A stretch of DNA of 64,000 bases from Eledone cirrhosa (Eukaryota), in NCBI GenBank assembly GCA_964016885.1, contig OZ024748.1, forward strand, positions 9,672,001 through 9,736,000, in the 5' to 3' direction. Below are positions 1-14,500 of the stretch, piece after piece. Numbering within the stretch: position 1 is the stretch's first letter; each line of letters starts with the position of its first letter. Under the pieces are notes generated by a model. That model had not been told where the DNA came from. It worked only from the letters and a program-made list of their open reading frames with translations, and ran no database searches. The position numbers were made by a program, and so were the translations under genes.

Positions 1-104
1 ATCAGTGTCATCCAGTAGAGGGCTCCAAAGCTTTGGCAATGTTGTGAGACAGGTTCCATGCAGCCAACTGGCCTGTCCTTAATAACGAAGCCATCCAATT
101 CCAC

Positions 105-297
105 ATTGTAAATGTGGTTGGTGTTAGGAAGGGCATCCAGCTGTAAAACACCAGGCCAAATTTACAATCTTTGCCAGAGCAAGGTGCGGCATGGTCATCT
201 CTGGCCAGACTTGCCTCCTGGCAGGGACGACACATCTAACCCATGCAAGCATGGAAAAAAAGGACACTAAACGGTGGTGATGATGATGACGATGATG
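105..297 (+). mobile_element. Second SINE-like family with RTE-type 3' end and (GAT)n tail
   Basis: ggtgttaggaagggcatccagctgtaaaac...ccatgcaagcatggaaaa..gatgatgatg; related pieces near 13313-13500, 43375-43860, 59085-59255, 63715. Confidence 0.7.
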
Positions 298-711
298 ATA
301 TATTTATTGTAATAATACTCTAATTTCCGTACCATCTGTCAGTCACCATAATTAGGTTTTCCCTGATTAGAAATAATTTGTCGGTCATACCAATTTGTTT
401 CTTCTTCCACAGATTTGAAGAAATCTGTGGCAAAACCAAAAAGAAATAATCCTGTGGTTGAAGCATTGGGGTTTAGAGTGTATTGCTGACTAGTTTTTTC
501 AATGAAATCAGGAATAATATGTATTGGTGTTGTCGACCATGTCCCTGAAATATTTTCAATGGAAACTTGGAAATCTTTTTCACTTTCACTATCAAAATAA
601 CAGCCATTGTCAGATGAAAATTCTCTATGTGTGGCTACCAGTTATTATTTAACCTGATTTACCACACAGAGAAGAAAAATGTTATGAGAAATCAAGTGTA
701 AACCAACTTAC

Positions 712-902
712 CTGATGGTGAACCTGGAGCTGATTGGCTAACACGTAATTCTGAAGTGATGCGACTATTAACTTGCTGTTGACTGTTTGGAGTTGTTACA
801 ACTTCCGTTTCGGGCACTGATTCTGGGATTGGACTACTATCCCGAGAAAGGCTGTCAGGAGTAAATGCCCCACTTACATGGCTGGGTGATGTTGGTGCAG
901 AT
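712..902 (-). CDS. FoxK: FoxK coding exon 5 (S/P-rich region); gene continues beyond window start
   Basis: (R)SAPTSPSHVSGAFTPDSLSRDSSPIP..SQSAPGSPS; ctag| acceptor, G|GTAAGT donor; FoxK-like SAPxSP/LSRxxSP motifs. Confidence 0.92.
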
Positions 903-1763
903 CTAGTCAAAGAAAAAAGAAACATCAGTTTTAGAGAAGAAGCACACATTTGTAGGTTTTTTAACAGACAAAATCCAAATAGTGAAATAGTGCTGACATT
1001 TGGCATTTTCTTACAATATTTCTGCTGAAATATACTGCCTAGCATTTCCAATAAAAAGATTTGAAAATATTTAGTAAAGTGTAGCAACAGACCATTAACA
1101 TGCTGCCTGACAAAGTACCAGAAAAAATTCTAAAAATTTATTTCAAATACAAGGCTGATTTTATGAATTATTATAGTTTAGCTGAATTTGTAAATGCTAA
1201 AGTTTACTTTAATCTTCAAAAGCAAGGTTATCTTGAGATAATAAATGACATATTTTCATTGATATTAATGAGAATTACAGGAAATGCTAAAATAAAGAGA
1301 AAGAATGAAATACTAAAACATCTCACATATCACTAGATGTACTAAATATTCTGTTCATTTACATAAATTATCATAAAAAGTGACACATTTAAAAAATAAA
1401 ATAGCATAAATTGCTGGAAGTTTGTTAAATACCTGCAGAGTTATAGAAGACTGAAAATTGGTTAGCACTAAAAATATTTATAGTAGTTTGATCATCTTAG
1501 GCAAAAAAAAGATGTAATTATGTCTACATGTTTCAATGAGTAATTAGAGTTGTTCTTTCTTGTCAAACTATATACTACCAAATATTATTTACATTAAATA
1601 TTCTTGTAACTAGTTTAAAACAGAATTACTTCTGATTTAATGACAAGATAAGTTGTTTATTAAACCACATTACCCCCCCCCCCCCCCCCCAGTTCTATGA
1701 TAAGCTTGAAAATTAAATGTTCTAATACATCTCAAAGAATGTTTATATTACAATAATTCCTTA

Positions 1764-2054
<291 letters not shown>

Positions 2055-2405
2055 TCAAATGGTTGGCTGGTTTCCTGAAGTTAGTGTTTTATAGTGTAAA
2101 CATATCTAACAGGCATCCACAGTTTCCATCTATCAAATTTCACTCACAACTAAATGGTTGGTCTGAGGCTACAATAGAAGAAGACATTTGCCCAAGACAC
2201 TGCAGAGAGAACTGAAACCCAGAACTATGTGATTGCAAAATAAACACCTTAATCACACAACCATGACTGGATCCATAATATATCAAATATTTAAGAGTTT
2301 CTCTGAACCCTTATGAAACCAAAACACCTGAAACTACTCATAGTTCAACTTTGAAGTATTAATAGTTCTTTAAAAAACCTTCCATCATAATTGTTGGTAA
2401 GAACT

Positions 2406-2603
2406 TTAATCCTTTACCATTTATATTACTCTATATTTACTATTGTATTTACATGGTAAAGACTTCATATAATATCGAATCTAGGAGATTTTGATATTTA
2501 TTTTGAGAACAATACCGTAACATCAATATGAGCAGCCGGGTTGAACAGAAAGAGGTGAGAGAATTCTGGCCAGATATGGCTGGTTTAAATGCTAAAGGGT
2601 TAA
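2406..2603. mobile_element. ~200-bp piggyBac-like MITE (family A) nested in a related longer MITE (about 2304-2704)
   Basis: TTAA-CCCTTTAGCATTTA-type terminal inverted repeats with TTAA ends; no ORF. Confidence 0.8.
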
Positions 2604-2751
2604 GTTATGCTCTAAACAACAGTTTAATAAATTCCGCCAAAATTTTTGAGTATTTTTAAAACACAGGCAGTGTTTCATTAGAAATATGGTAATAGCAGGG
2701 TTAAATCACATTAAACAGAGTGATATAAATGAATAAATACACAAAATTACG

Positions 2752-2968
2752 TTAACCATTTAGCATTTACATTACTCTATATTTACTATTGTATTTTCAT
2801 GATAAGGGCTTTATCTCACATAATCTCGAGTCTACGAGATTTTTATGATGTTATTGTTTATTTTAAGAACGATATCTTACTATCGGTGTAAGCTGCTGGT
2901 TACGGCCAGTTTCAGAAAGGAGGAAGAATTCTGGCCTGATACAGCCAGTTTAAATGCTAAAAGATTAA
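2752..2968. mobile_element. MITE family A copy
   Basis: ttaaccatttagcattta...taaatgctaaaagattaa; body similar to other copies. Confidence 0.8.
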
Positions 2969-3020
2969 TTTTCAGACACAGTTCGAAATAATGAAAATAA
3001 TTCCTCTAGTTATCCATCTA

Positions 3021-3371
<351 letters not shown>

Positions 3372-3957
3372 TCATAGTGATGGGAAGGGTATCTAAACCA
3401 TAGAAAACCTTCGGGGTCAGGAGAACTTTTCAACCATGCCAAGACATGATAACCTTCCTAATGTTGGTGCTATGATAAAATGTACTTGATAGAGTGCAGA
3501 ATCGACTGCAGAAACGAATTATGAGCTCCACAAAGTCTGATTATCCTGTACTTCAAATGAAGCCACAGGTAACATGTAATCTGTAGCTAAAGGTATGGTT
3601 TTTGACACTCATTGATACCAAATCAATCACATAACTAAATGTATGGTTTTCATCATTCAGTGATACACAATCAAATACATAACTAATGGTATGGTTTTCA
3701 TCATTCTCACACATACACACACATTATCACCATTAAGACGATGTTATTCATAAGAATGGTAAGAGTTGTCCAGTATTTTATCTATGGAGATTGAATATTT
3801 TGAAAGTAAGACTACAGCATTAATAAATCATCATTTTATTAAGTATTTTTTCATTTTTTCAATAAAAATAAGAATATTTTCAATAATGTTTACAGCATAA
3901 TACAGAATGAATACCAGTCTCTTTCATCTGTATGTATGTTAATATATATAAACCTAC

Positions 3958-4137
3958 CTGATAGTTCCTGTGGGTGAAGGACATGGACTGTTAAATACAC
4001 CATCAGTTACATCGGGAATGTTCAATTTCAGAGGTAGGTTCTTTTTTTTCATAGGACTAGGAGGGGAACTTTCTTCATCGTTTAATAATGACTGGAAAAC
4101 TATTTTTATGTTGGTACTGGGAAATCTTAGGACACAG
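3958..4137 (-). CDS. FoxK: FoxK coding exon 2 (end of FHA + linker)
   Basis: Not in ORF track; translated manually: tacag|C TGT.. gives (N)CVLRFPSTNIKIVFQSLL...PLKLNIPD..SPCPSPTGTI(S); donor AG|GTAGGT; phases fit exons 1 and 3. Confidence 0.95.
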
Positions 4138-4734
4138 CTGTATTAAAAAAAGAAAATCACAGAAACTTCCATGATAAATACTTGGCAAGTTTACCAAACA
4201 GAAATAAAAATCATTAAAAAAAGTTCCAGGAAAACATGTAAAATAATTTAGATTTATTCAATTATTCATAAACAAAATGAGGCAGAGAGTGAGAGTTTAT
4301 CTAAAATCCTTCCATCATAATTTTATGCAAGAACCTTGCTGTCTGAGCACTTGATAAAGTGAGGGAACATATGTATGCAAGATGCAGGCCCTCAAGCACT
4401 TCTAGGAAGTCAATAGCTTTGCTCGAGTACTGACTCGGTCGGTCACAACCCCTTCTATCTTTGCTAGCAGGGAAAACAAATGTGAAATAATGATGAATAG
4501 CTTAATTATTAAATCCCTCCAAATTCTTGAAATAACAGACATCACCTTTCATTAAAAATATGTTAACGAAAGGGTTTAAAAGTGTTGAATACTCCAACAA
4601 TTACCTAATATTTGGAAAACAAACAAAAATTACTGATTGACATGGAAGCCAAAGTATTGAGTTGTCTTCTGGAACCAAATACACTTCTCTACTGTTATGT
4701 GTAACAATTGAAAATATATATATACATCATAATC

Positions 4735-4876
4735 TATCTCTAACAAATAACAATATATATACACCAATTCTATTTCTAACAAATGACAATATATATACAC
4801 CATTATCTATGTCTAACAAATGACAATATATATACACCATTATCTATGTCTAACAAATGACAATATATATACACCA
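4735..4876. repeat. ~36-bp tandem repeat, about 4 units
   Basis: tctaacaaatgacaatatatatacaccattatcta. Confidence 0.85.
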
Positions 4877-6164
4877 GGCCTATTTCTTATTTCAGTAGTT
4901 TCTATTACAAAGGGTATACAGTGAAAAACAATTCAATGCAGGTATCTGATACATTTGATAACATAATATAAAAACATATTTAAAGTTCGTTAAATTATAA
5001 AAGCTATTCTTCTCTAATTTTGTCATATCAACTGTTTTTGTTTGTTTGTTGGGGAGGAGTAGGGGGTTAAACTCTCAAAAGGTTAAAAAGATTTCTATAG
5101 CTAACAGAAAAATAAATTAAGTAAATTTAAATTATTTTCCATCTGTTGATTGACATTTGTATTCCATGCTTGTACAGTTGAGATAGCTCTATAAATGTAT
5201 CTATTGCCAGGAATTATTTAAACATATTTATATACAAATTGAAACAATTCTGTAATCTAAATCTTATATAAATATATATATATATTTAATTTGAAAAAGT
5301 TAAAATCCAAATACAAATTCACTATTATCATTTTAACTAATCTGTGCTTGGATTTCAACATTTCAAATTATTTATTTGGCTTCATTGAGTGGTTAAAATT
5401 GATTAGGGAGTTTGCTTCACACTCGTGAGGTTTTGAGTTTAAACACCCCATGCCCACCCCCGTGTGAAAATTATAAACCAAATAAATTTGCAATTAAATA
5501 AGTGCAATTTAAATATAAAGTTGTATTATTTATTTCCTAAGTTCTGTTGATGTTTTTGTTTCTATTTTAGTAACAAAAAAAAAATAGATAGCAGTTATCA
5601 AAATTTTATTAAGAATTTAAAACAAATGTTTTAAAAATAGATATCAGAAATAATAATAATAATAGTCAATTTAACTAAAATGAATCCCAAATGTAATAGA
5701 TATATAATAGAACAGTGACATTATGTCAATGCCACAGCTTTTGTGTTGGAAATATGTAATTCAAAAATAACCTCCTAGCAGGCAAATTCTATAAAAACAA
5801 AAAAAATGACTATTATTGTATCTAAGAGAGTAAATGAAGACCTATAGTAATGATAAGCATGTTTCACAAATTTGTTATAGAGAGATTTCATTGTTACGCT
5901 ATATATAGTGGTGGTGGACACACACAACATAGTATAATAATTAATTACTGAATTACTCTATATTACCCATAAAAATGATATGTGAAACATCAACATAATG
6001 TTGGGCTATAATGATTCCTAAACATCACATGGTTGCTTTTATTGTCTAGCTCCATTAGATCAGTTTTAATACTGATTTATTTTCAAAGGTTTAAAGGCTC
6101 AATTATCTTGTAGACACAGGTATAGTTGACTAAATTTAGACCCCACTATATTACTAGTACTTAT

Positions 6165-6336
6165 TTAACCTTTTAGCATTTGTATTACTCTATATTTTCT
6201 ATTGTATTTTTGCAATAAAGGCTTTACCTCATATTATATCGAAACTATGAGATTTTGACATTATTTATTTTGAGAACAATACCTTAACGTTGGTATGAGT
6301 GGACAGTTACAGCCGGTTTAAATGTTAAAGGGTTAA
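6165..6336. mobile_element. MITE family A copy (internally deleted)
   Basis: ttaaccttttagcatt...aatgttaaagggttaa. Confidence 0.8.
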
Positions 6337-8053
6337 TCCAAGTTCGATAGATGAAAAACAGAATTGATCTTAGTAGGATTTAAAATGATTTCATCTAACA
6401 TTTTAGTGTCAGTAAACACCTGACATTTCTTAAGGCTCACAGTTTTCTAAATCATAGAAGCACCATCTTGCAAGAAACCATCTCTAGTCATAATCTATAG
6501 TTACAGTGGGGTGGGTTTTAAACAATAACTACAATATTTACATAATCTATAGTTACAGTGGGCCATGCTAGTGTGGAAGATGGATATTAAACGATGATGA
6601 TGAACTACAATATTTACATAATAAACAATGTTTTTTTGTTTGTTTTATTGTTTTTGTTGCTAATGTTATGGCTTACACATTACAGTTTAGTCAGCCTCTT
6701 CTGAAGTTACATCTCACTGCAGGTTTCTTAGATATTTTAATAATGGGAGCTTCAATTCCACAATGTCAATGTTGTCCAAGGGCTGATACAGCTTGACACT
6801 AGTGATGTCGAAATTTATTTCTACAGCTGAATAAACTGGAGCAACGTGAAATAAAGTGTCTTGATTAAAAGGACACAACACACCTCCTAGTCAAGGAATT
6901 GAACTCACAACCTCACAATTGTGAGTCCAACACTCTATCCACTAAGTCACATACCTTTATGTATTATTATGTAGTTTACAATAAATATAATGAGACTACA
7001 GAGTAAAGACAGTTGAAGCCATCAAAGTTTATCTACTAGGACAATAAAGAACTGTATCAAGATTGAGAATAATTTTATATTTCATTGCTGAAGCACAAAG
7101 TGAAATAAAACACACTGTCCAATTTATGTTTATAAATGATGATGATGTTTATAAGTGATGATGATGATGATGAAAACGCTGACATAATGAGGTTTTGCTG
7201 AATGAATTACTAGTAAGAGCAGAGGAAAGACAACTTTATCAAAAAAGATCCCTGACCATAAATACTCTAGACTAATTAATGCTATTTATATACTCATTAA
7301 GATATTTCTAACAGCTATTATATATATTCATGTAGAGACTAATCCGAATATAAACCGAGCCCCGCCTCCCCTAATTTTATACCCAAGAAATGGATAAGAA
7401 TCCAAACACCCTATATAAACCAAAGCAGTCAACACGTCATGTTTAGATGGCGTGGGTGGTTTTGTAAATCCCCACGAGTGAAGAATATATTCGTAAAGTT
7501 TTAATATTTTGATGTCTAAAATATTTTAAAGTATTATAAAGTATTAGAGTATAGATAGGTTTTGTTTCCAGTTTATAAATTTTCAACAAGTTTCTTGAAT
7601 TTTTGTTTTACTTCCTTTTAGCAGCCAACAATAGCTCCCTCCATCTTCTGATTGTAACAGGTTTATATTTAACAAATTGAATGAAACATGTGTACAATAA
7701 ATATGCATATATGTGTGTGTATATGTAGGCTGGAGAGAAACTGGGAGAAACAGGGTTTAAGAGGAATCTGAAAAGGTGTGCATGAGAGAAGACTGTTGGT
7801 ACAGACATGTAATGTGCAGGGATGATGATTATTGGGTGAAGTGCCAGGAAATTCCAGTGGAAGGAAGCCACAATAGAGGAAGACCTACGGACAGAGATTG
7901 GGAGAGCTGATCTCAAATCATTGAGACTCACAGAGGAGATGACAAAGGAACACAGCAAGTGGAGAGATGCTGTGCTGAAATGGACCCATCCAACCCATGC
8001 AAGTGTGGAAAAAAGGACATAAAATGATGATGATGATGATATATATATAAATA

Positions 8054-8657
8054 TATATAAAATTATAAGTTTGAAGAACAGCCAGACAAAATATATCCAA
8101 TTCTTTTCCTCCTTAGTCCATAGATAATCGGGACTAGAAGAATTTTGGTAAACTTTACCAAAATTCTTCTAGTCCCAACTATCGATAGTTTCGCTCGTAC
8201 TTTGTGGATATGTCTAATTGTGGCACTATCCATGAGGCTTTGAGCTTTTCAAGAGTCTCCTCAGTTAGAACTAAAATTTCTACAGTGATTGCCACCAGTA
8301 ACGAATTCAAAAGGGGTGAAAAACATTGCATGGCTAGCGGTCAAAGTAGAAGGGTTGTGAAGGGTAGGCCGGATAAGTTTATATACATTCTTTTCTTCAA
8401 ACTTACATTTTAGACTGAGCTCTGTTTAATTGATTATTTAGTTAATTTCTACGGACTAAGAGGAAAGACTAGGTAAATTTTATCTGACTGTTCCTCACGG
8501 AGGAAAGTCTGTGACATTTATCTGCTATTTCTTCAAAGTTATATTTTAAACTTAGCTCCGTTTAAATGATTATTTATCTAGTTGATTTCTACGGACTAAG
8601 GAGGTAAAGAATTGGATATATTTTGTCTGACTGTTCTTCAAATTTATAATTTTATAT
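8054..8657. mobile_element. Foldback/MITE-like element with about 75-bp imperfect terminal inverted repeats
   Basis: tataaaattataagtttgaagaacagccagacaaaatatatccaattctt..ccttagtcc is inverted at 8582-8657; internal perfect palindrome at 8130-8176. Confidence 0.7.
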
Positions 8658-10112
8658 AGCTCTGATTAATAATTATTTGCTTAATTCATTTTTTCATAGA
8701 GCAACACCGTTGAAGATAGCCGCACTCATATATGTATCTGTGACTATGTCTAACTATATACATATATATCCTTATATATATATATGCACACACACACACA
8801 TATACATATAGTCTGTTTATGTTTATGTGGTGATAAGTATATGAGTGTGCATGTCACTTGTCTATGCATGACTATACATTTATATGTGGGTTTCAATGTT
8901 TCAGTATTTTTCTATAAGTATGTTTGTAAGTTTTTATATTTATCGTCACAGCATTTCTATGCCACCACCCCACCTCAATTTGTTTCCTCACATTTTCTGT
9001 AAAATTGCATATTTTGCAGATATATTTTCTGAATGTGTGGATTACTAGTTTGATGCTAAAAGTTGTTAAAATACTGCCACTTTACCCTCAAATTATAGGA
9101 AGTATCTGTATCTCTCCAGATATTTTGGTGCCGTGTTAAGTGAAAATCAGCAAAATACTGACCTCAAATATAAGCCAAGCACCCCACCTACATTTTATCC
9201 TCATTTGGTCGCAGTCTTACACATGCCTAGGCATCCGTCAGGATTGTCATAATGTCCTAAAACCTGTTGGAGCTGGTCATAGTAATCACCCTTGACCGTG
9301 TCCTCAGGGTGATGTAGCAAGATAGCTCTCGGAACAGCAGAGTGGCTTACCCAGTGCAATGGAACAACAGGACATTCCATGAGGCAACACCAATCTTGTG
9401 GCATACATTGATTTCTCATTGATTAGGGGCATGCAATGGTCCTTTTTTATGTTGAGCAGTCTGGCCTCTTCTGGGCAGGGTTGGCTATCCACAAAATAGT
9501 CAGATGGTGGGGCTGCCGCTTTGGTGACAAGACAGCGCATCACAGGTCACTGTTAGTCTGGAATCTTCCCGGGAGACTGGCTCACCAACAGTGACCCTAC
9601 CAGGACCAAGGCTCCAGACAGTAACATTCTCTCGGATCAACGGAACATGGAAGCCCCCTTGCCACAACAAAGCAAGACACATTAATAAAATAGCAGTCCC
9701 AATACTGGCAACAGCACTGACCCTCTCTCAATTGGATCTGTAATTAAAAGGGTCAGTCTTGTCACATTATGTCACAGAAATTTGGCCCTATGTAAGATAC
9801 ACGTATGGAATACACGGCTGTTTACACATTAATTCGCATGCGTGTGTGTGTGCGTGTGGAATACTCAGCTGTTTACACATTAATTTAGAGGTATGAAATG
9901 ATCATCTTCAAAAATAGTTTCAATAATAAATATTGCTGTGGCAGGCTTTAGACCAGCCGACAGCCCAAACTCTTTACTATCCTTACATTCTACACATCAT
10001 CATTACCTCCAAGAAATAAACAGTTAAGTGTGTATCATTTATATTAGTAGAGGATTGTTTTTGAAAGATCTAACAAACATAATGGCTTTCCTCATCCTCA
10101 TTCCATAGGACA

Positions 10113-11263
10113 ACAATCTGTTGTACTATAAGACAATCTGGTGTAGTGTAAGACAATCTGGTGTATTATAAGACAATCTGGTGGGGTATAAGACAATCTG
10201 GTGTAGTATAAGACAATCTGTTGTATTATAGGACAATCTGGTGTAGTATAAGACAATCTGGTGTAGTATAAGACAATCTGTTGTACTATAAGACAATCTG
10301 GTGTAGTATAAGACAATCTGGTGTAGTATAAGACAATCTGTTGTAGTATAAGACAATCTGGTGTACTATAAGACAATCTGTTGTAATATAAGACAATCTG
10401 GTGTACTATAAGGCAATCTGGTGTGGTGTACTATTATAAGACAATCTGGTGTACTATAAGACAATCTGGTGTACTATAAGACAATCTGGTGTAGTATAAG
10501 ACAATATGTTGTACTATAAGACAATATGTTGTACTATAAGACAATCTGTTGTAGTATAAGACAATCTGGTGTACTATAAGACAATCTGTTGTAATATAAG
10601 ACAATCTGGTGTACTATAAGACAATCTGGTGTACTATAAGGCAATCTGGTGTACTATTATAAGACAATCTGTTGTACTATAAGACAATCTGGTGTAGTAT
10701 AAGACAATCTGTTGTACTATAAGACAATCTGTTGTACTATAAGACAATCTGTTGTACTATAAGACAAACTGGTGTAGTATAAGACAATCTGGTGCACTAT
10801 AAGACAATCTGTTGTAGTATAAGACAATCTGGTGTACTATAAGACAATCTGGTGTAGTATAAGACAATCTGGTGTAGTATAAGACAATCTGGTGTAATAT
10901 AAGACAATCTGGTGTAGTATAAGACAATCTGGTGCACTATAAGACAATCTGGTGTAGTATAAGACAATCTGGTGTACTATAAGACAATCTGGTGTAGTAT
11001 AAGACAATCTGGTGTAGTATAAGACAATCTGGTGTAGTATAACACAATCTGGTGTACTATAAGACAATCTGGTGCACTATAAGACAATCTGGTGTAGTAT
11101 TAGACAATCTGGTGTAATATAAGACAATCTGGTGTAATATAAGACAATCTGGTGTACTATAAGACAATCTGGTGTAGTATAAGACAATCTGGTGCACTAT
11201 AAGACAATCTGGTGTACTATAAGACAATCTGGTGTACTATAAGACAATCTGGTGTAGTATAAG
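10113..11263. repeat. 20-bp minisatellite (AGACAATCTGGTGTAGTATA), about 57 units
   Basis: Head-to-tail units with a few variable positions; no spacers. Confidence 0.97.
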
Positions 11264-11403
11264 TCATATATAAAATACACAACAGAAAATAAACAATTTA
11301 TAAGAAACTTGAGACATTTACAGGGCAGGGATTACACACAACACTGTTAAGATACAGAACAATATTTGGATCAATAAAGAAACTATCACCCCACCCCCCA
11401 CCC

Positions 11404-11434
<31 letters not shown>

Positions 11435-11484
11435 GGGATATCTTAAAACATTATGTGGGGTTGATAAGAGTTTCTTTATTGATC

Positions 11485-11522
<38 letters not shown>

Positions 11523-14500
11523 TTCTGTACACTACCAAAGATATATAACTTTGAGTATGTGTTGGTTGTTTAATATATATATATTAAAATCTATTTTATG
11601 ATAAAAAAATAATATTCATATTATTCATACGATGCTTTATAACTGACCTATTGACTAGGTGTGTGTGTCTGTGTGCAAACCAGCTACTTTATCATAGCAT
11701 ATATGCAATGTATTAGTATTACTAACCATCACCACTAATACTCCCTGAAATTAATGGAGGCATTATTGAAAGATCTAGGATACATGATAAAATCAATGTG
11801 AAGAAAAGAAAACACTACACATGTATAAATGTGAACATGTGGTATGTGTGAACATGAGGTGCTTCCACAGACTAAGAAATAAAAGCTACAATTAACAGAA
11901 CCTTCAAAACTAGATATTCCATTACTTATAGATACACCTAATAGAAGAACTGTGCTTGACTGAGCAACTTTTACAAAAGTTTATAACATCATTAGAAGTC
12001 TCAACTCAATAATTATGGCACATGTACCATACAGAAACCATAACCAGGCTACATTTAGACTGAGTCAGAATGTGGCCTGTTTATGGTAATGATAACAACA
12101 GTGTGAACATTTGTAAACATTCTGTTACTATAGTGTTACATATTAACTCCTATAACACCATTTCATTACAAGACAACAAGAAAAGCCACTTACTGAATAT
12201 ATTCAAATATAAACCAAGGAATATGTAGCAAAAAAAAAAAAAAAAAAAAAAATTATGTTAAAATTAGGGGTTGGGGGTATATTCAGAGTCAATGCACTAG
12301 AAAAACAGTAGTCACAAATTTTTCCAGCATTCAAATATTTGGTAAAATTTCACAAAACCATAATTGACAGATATTTGTAACACTGTAAAGTGATTGGTGT
12401 TAGGATATGTATTGCTATAGAAACCAAACCAATAATAAAACATACAGGTGAGATGTGGCCTTCAGACACATCTAGAAGAGAGCAGCAACTCCAAAAAAGT
12501 ATGTCTTTGAGCAAACCCAACCCATCAAACCCATGCTAGCATGGAAAGTGTACATATGATGACAGCAGTCAGCCATTTGTGAAATATTCCTGATAACAAA
12601 TAATCTACCATGTTTCAAATATAAAATTAATAAGAATCATTCATGTTAACTAGTAAAGCTACATTGTAACATTTGAGGTGTAACCTGTTACAATGTGACA
12701 TGAAAATTAATGAAAAAAGATACCTTGTAAAATACATGCATAAATTACTTCAGAATATAAATAGAACTATTTCCTAAATGCAGTATTTTTTCTATGTTAA
12801 TAGTGTCCTAAATCAGTTTTATGATTTAAACCAAATAAACAACACTAAACCAAGTTAACCTACTATTATTTATACAGTAGGTAAATCAGTATCCATTATA
12901 AAAATACAACCATTTCCACATGAATATTTGCAACAACATAAACAGCAACTATTTATCACTATACAACAGTCTGAAACTCAATACTTAACATGTATTACTG
13001 CTAAGTCTCCTCCTCCACCTCTTTTAATACATATCTCCCTGTTAAAGCTATGTCAGCAAGCTAGATGCTAAACAGAGACTAGCAAACGTTTGCTGATCTC
13101 TTTCAATATTGGTAAGAATTTGAAATTATTTAGAAACATCATCATCATCCTTTTTATGTCTACCTTTCTATATTGGAGGCAAGGTTATTTTAGGGCACTA
13201 TTTTACAGACATGCTTTTCCTGATGACAACTTATACTTTATTCTAAGTACCGTATATGACACTTATGACTGCTACAGCACAAACTTTATATACACACACA
13301 TATATATATTTATCACTGTTTTACGTCCATTTTTCCATGCTTGCATGGGTTAGACAAGTTATCCTACTGTGAGCAATGGCAAGTCAGGTGACCATGTCTT
13401 GCGCATACATCACTGATCTTGGCATGGTTTCTACAGCTGGATGCCTTTCCTAATGCCAACCTCATCTACAGTGAGCACTGGGTGCTTTTTGTCGTGTCAC
13501 TTACATGACCACTTTACAGGGTGGACTGGGTGTTGTTTTTTTTTGTTGTGACACCTACATGACCACTTTACAGTGTGGACAGAGTGCTTTTTGTTGTGTC
13601 ACCTATATATGTGTGTTTTGTTGGCAAGTCCCGCTTATGGGACATACACAAATAGTATAATGGCTGAGGTATTACCCAAAGCTAATCTAAGTTTAAAGAT
13701 TCTATCACTCACACTGACTGCCTCAATTATCTGGTCTGCCCATTTCTCAGGCTACATTTTTTTTGTCTGTTTCCCTCAGTTGTACATGCAAGAGACGTTT
13801 CTACCGTTTATAGGATCCTAAATGAACCATAAACTAAGTATGTAGAAATAAATTTATATCGATGATTTGTTTTCATTGTTTGTACAAAGAAGTATTTGAT
13901 ATCATGTTTTATAATTCAGCAAGATAATGAGTTAACAATAAGGTTCTAATGTAAGGTTCATTGCATTGTTGGTTCAGTGCTGGTTTTGTTAGGAAGTAGT
14001 AAACACTGGTTTTCATTGAGTTCCATCTGTTGTTATAAAGTTTTGAAATGATTTTCTTCTCTTCTGCTTTGCATAGCCTGAATAGCAATTATATACCATT
14101 TGAAATTTCTGAATGTGAATTTTCTTCTCATATAGTTTTGATCAAAATCCGACACTTACATATCATTATAGGTTGAATTCAATATGTCCATTGCTGAGGC
14201 TTAAGTTAACCAAATTGTTACTAACAGTTCTGTTACAAAGTGTTAGTGATATTTATTAATAAAATTATTCAATTATATGTAATTATTAATGAAACTTTCT
14301 CAGAATTGCATGTAGACCTAGATTAAAAAACAAACAAAATTTGAAAACTAATTCCTTGCTTTAGAATTAAAAACTCGTTCGTAGGAGGGCACTACTTGTG
14401 AAAATATAAACACTACCACAAATTATCCGACTGTATTCAAAATTGGAAAAAATATCACATCAGACTTTAATCCTCTACAAAATAATATTCATTGCACAAT

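Noticed and set aside
10098-11263. CRISPR array or repeat-protein ORFs (YTTPDCLILHQIVL..)
   Set aside because: Contiguous 20-bp units with no unique spacers and no cas genes; the ORFs are by-products of the repeat inside an intron.
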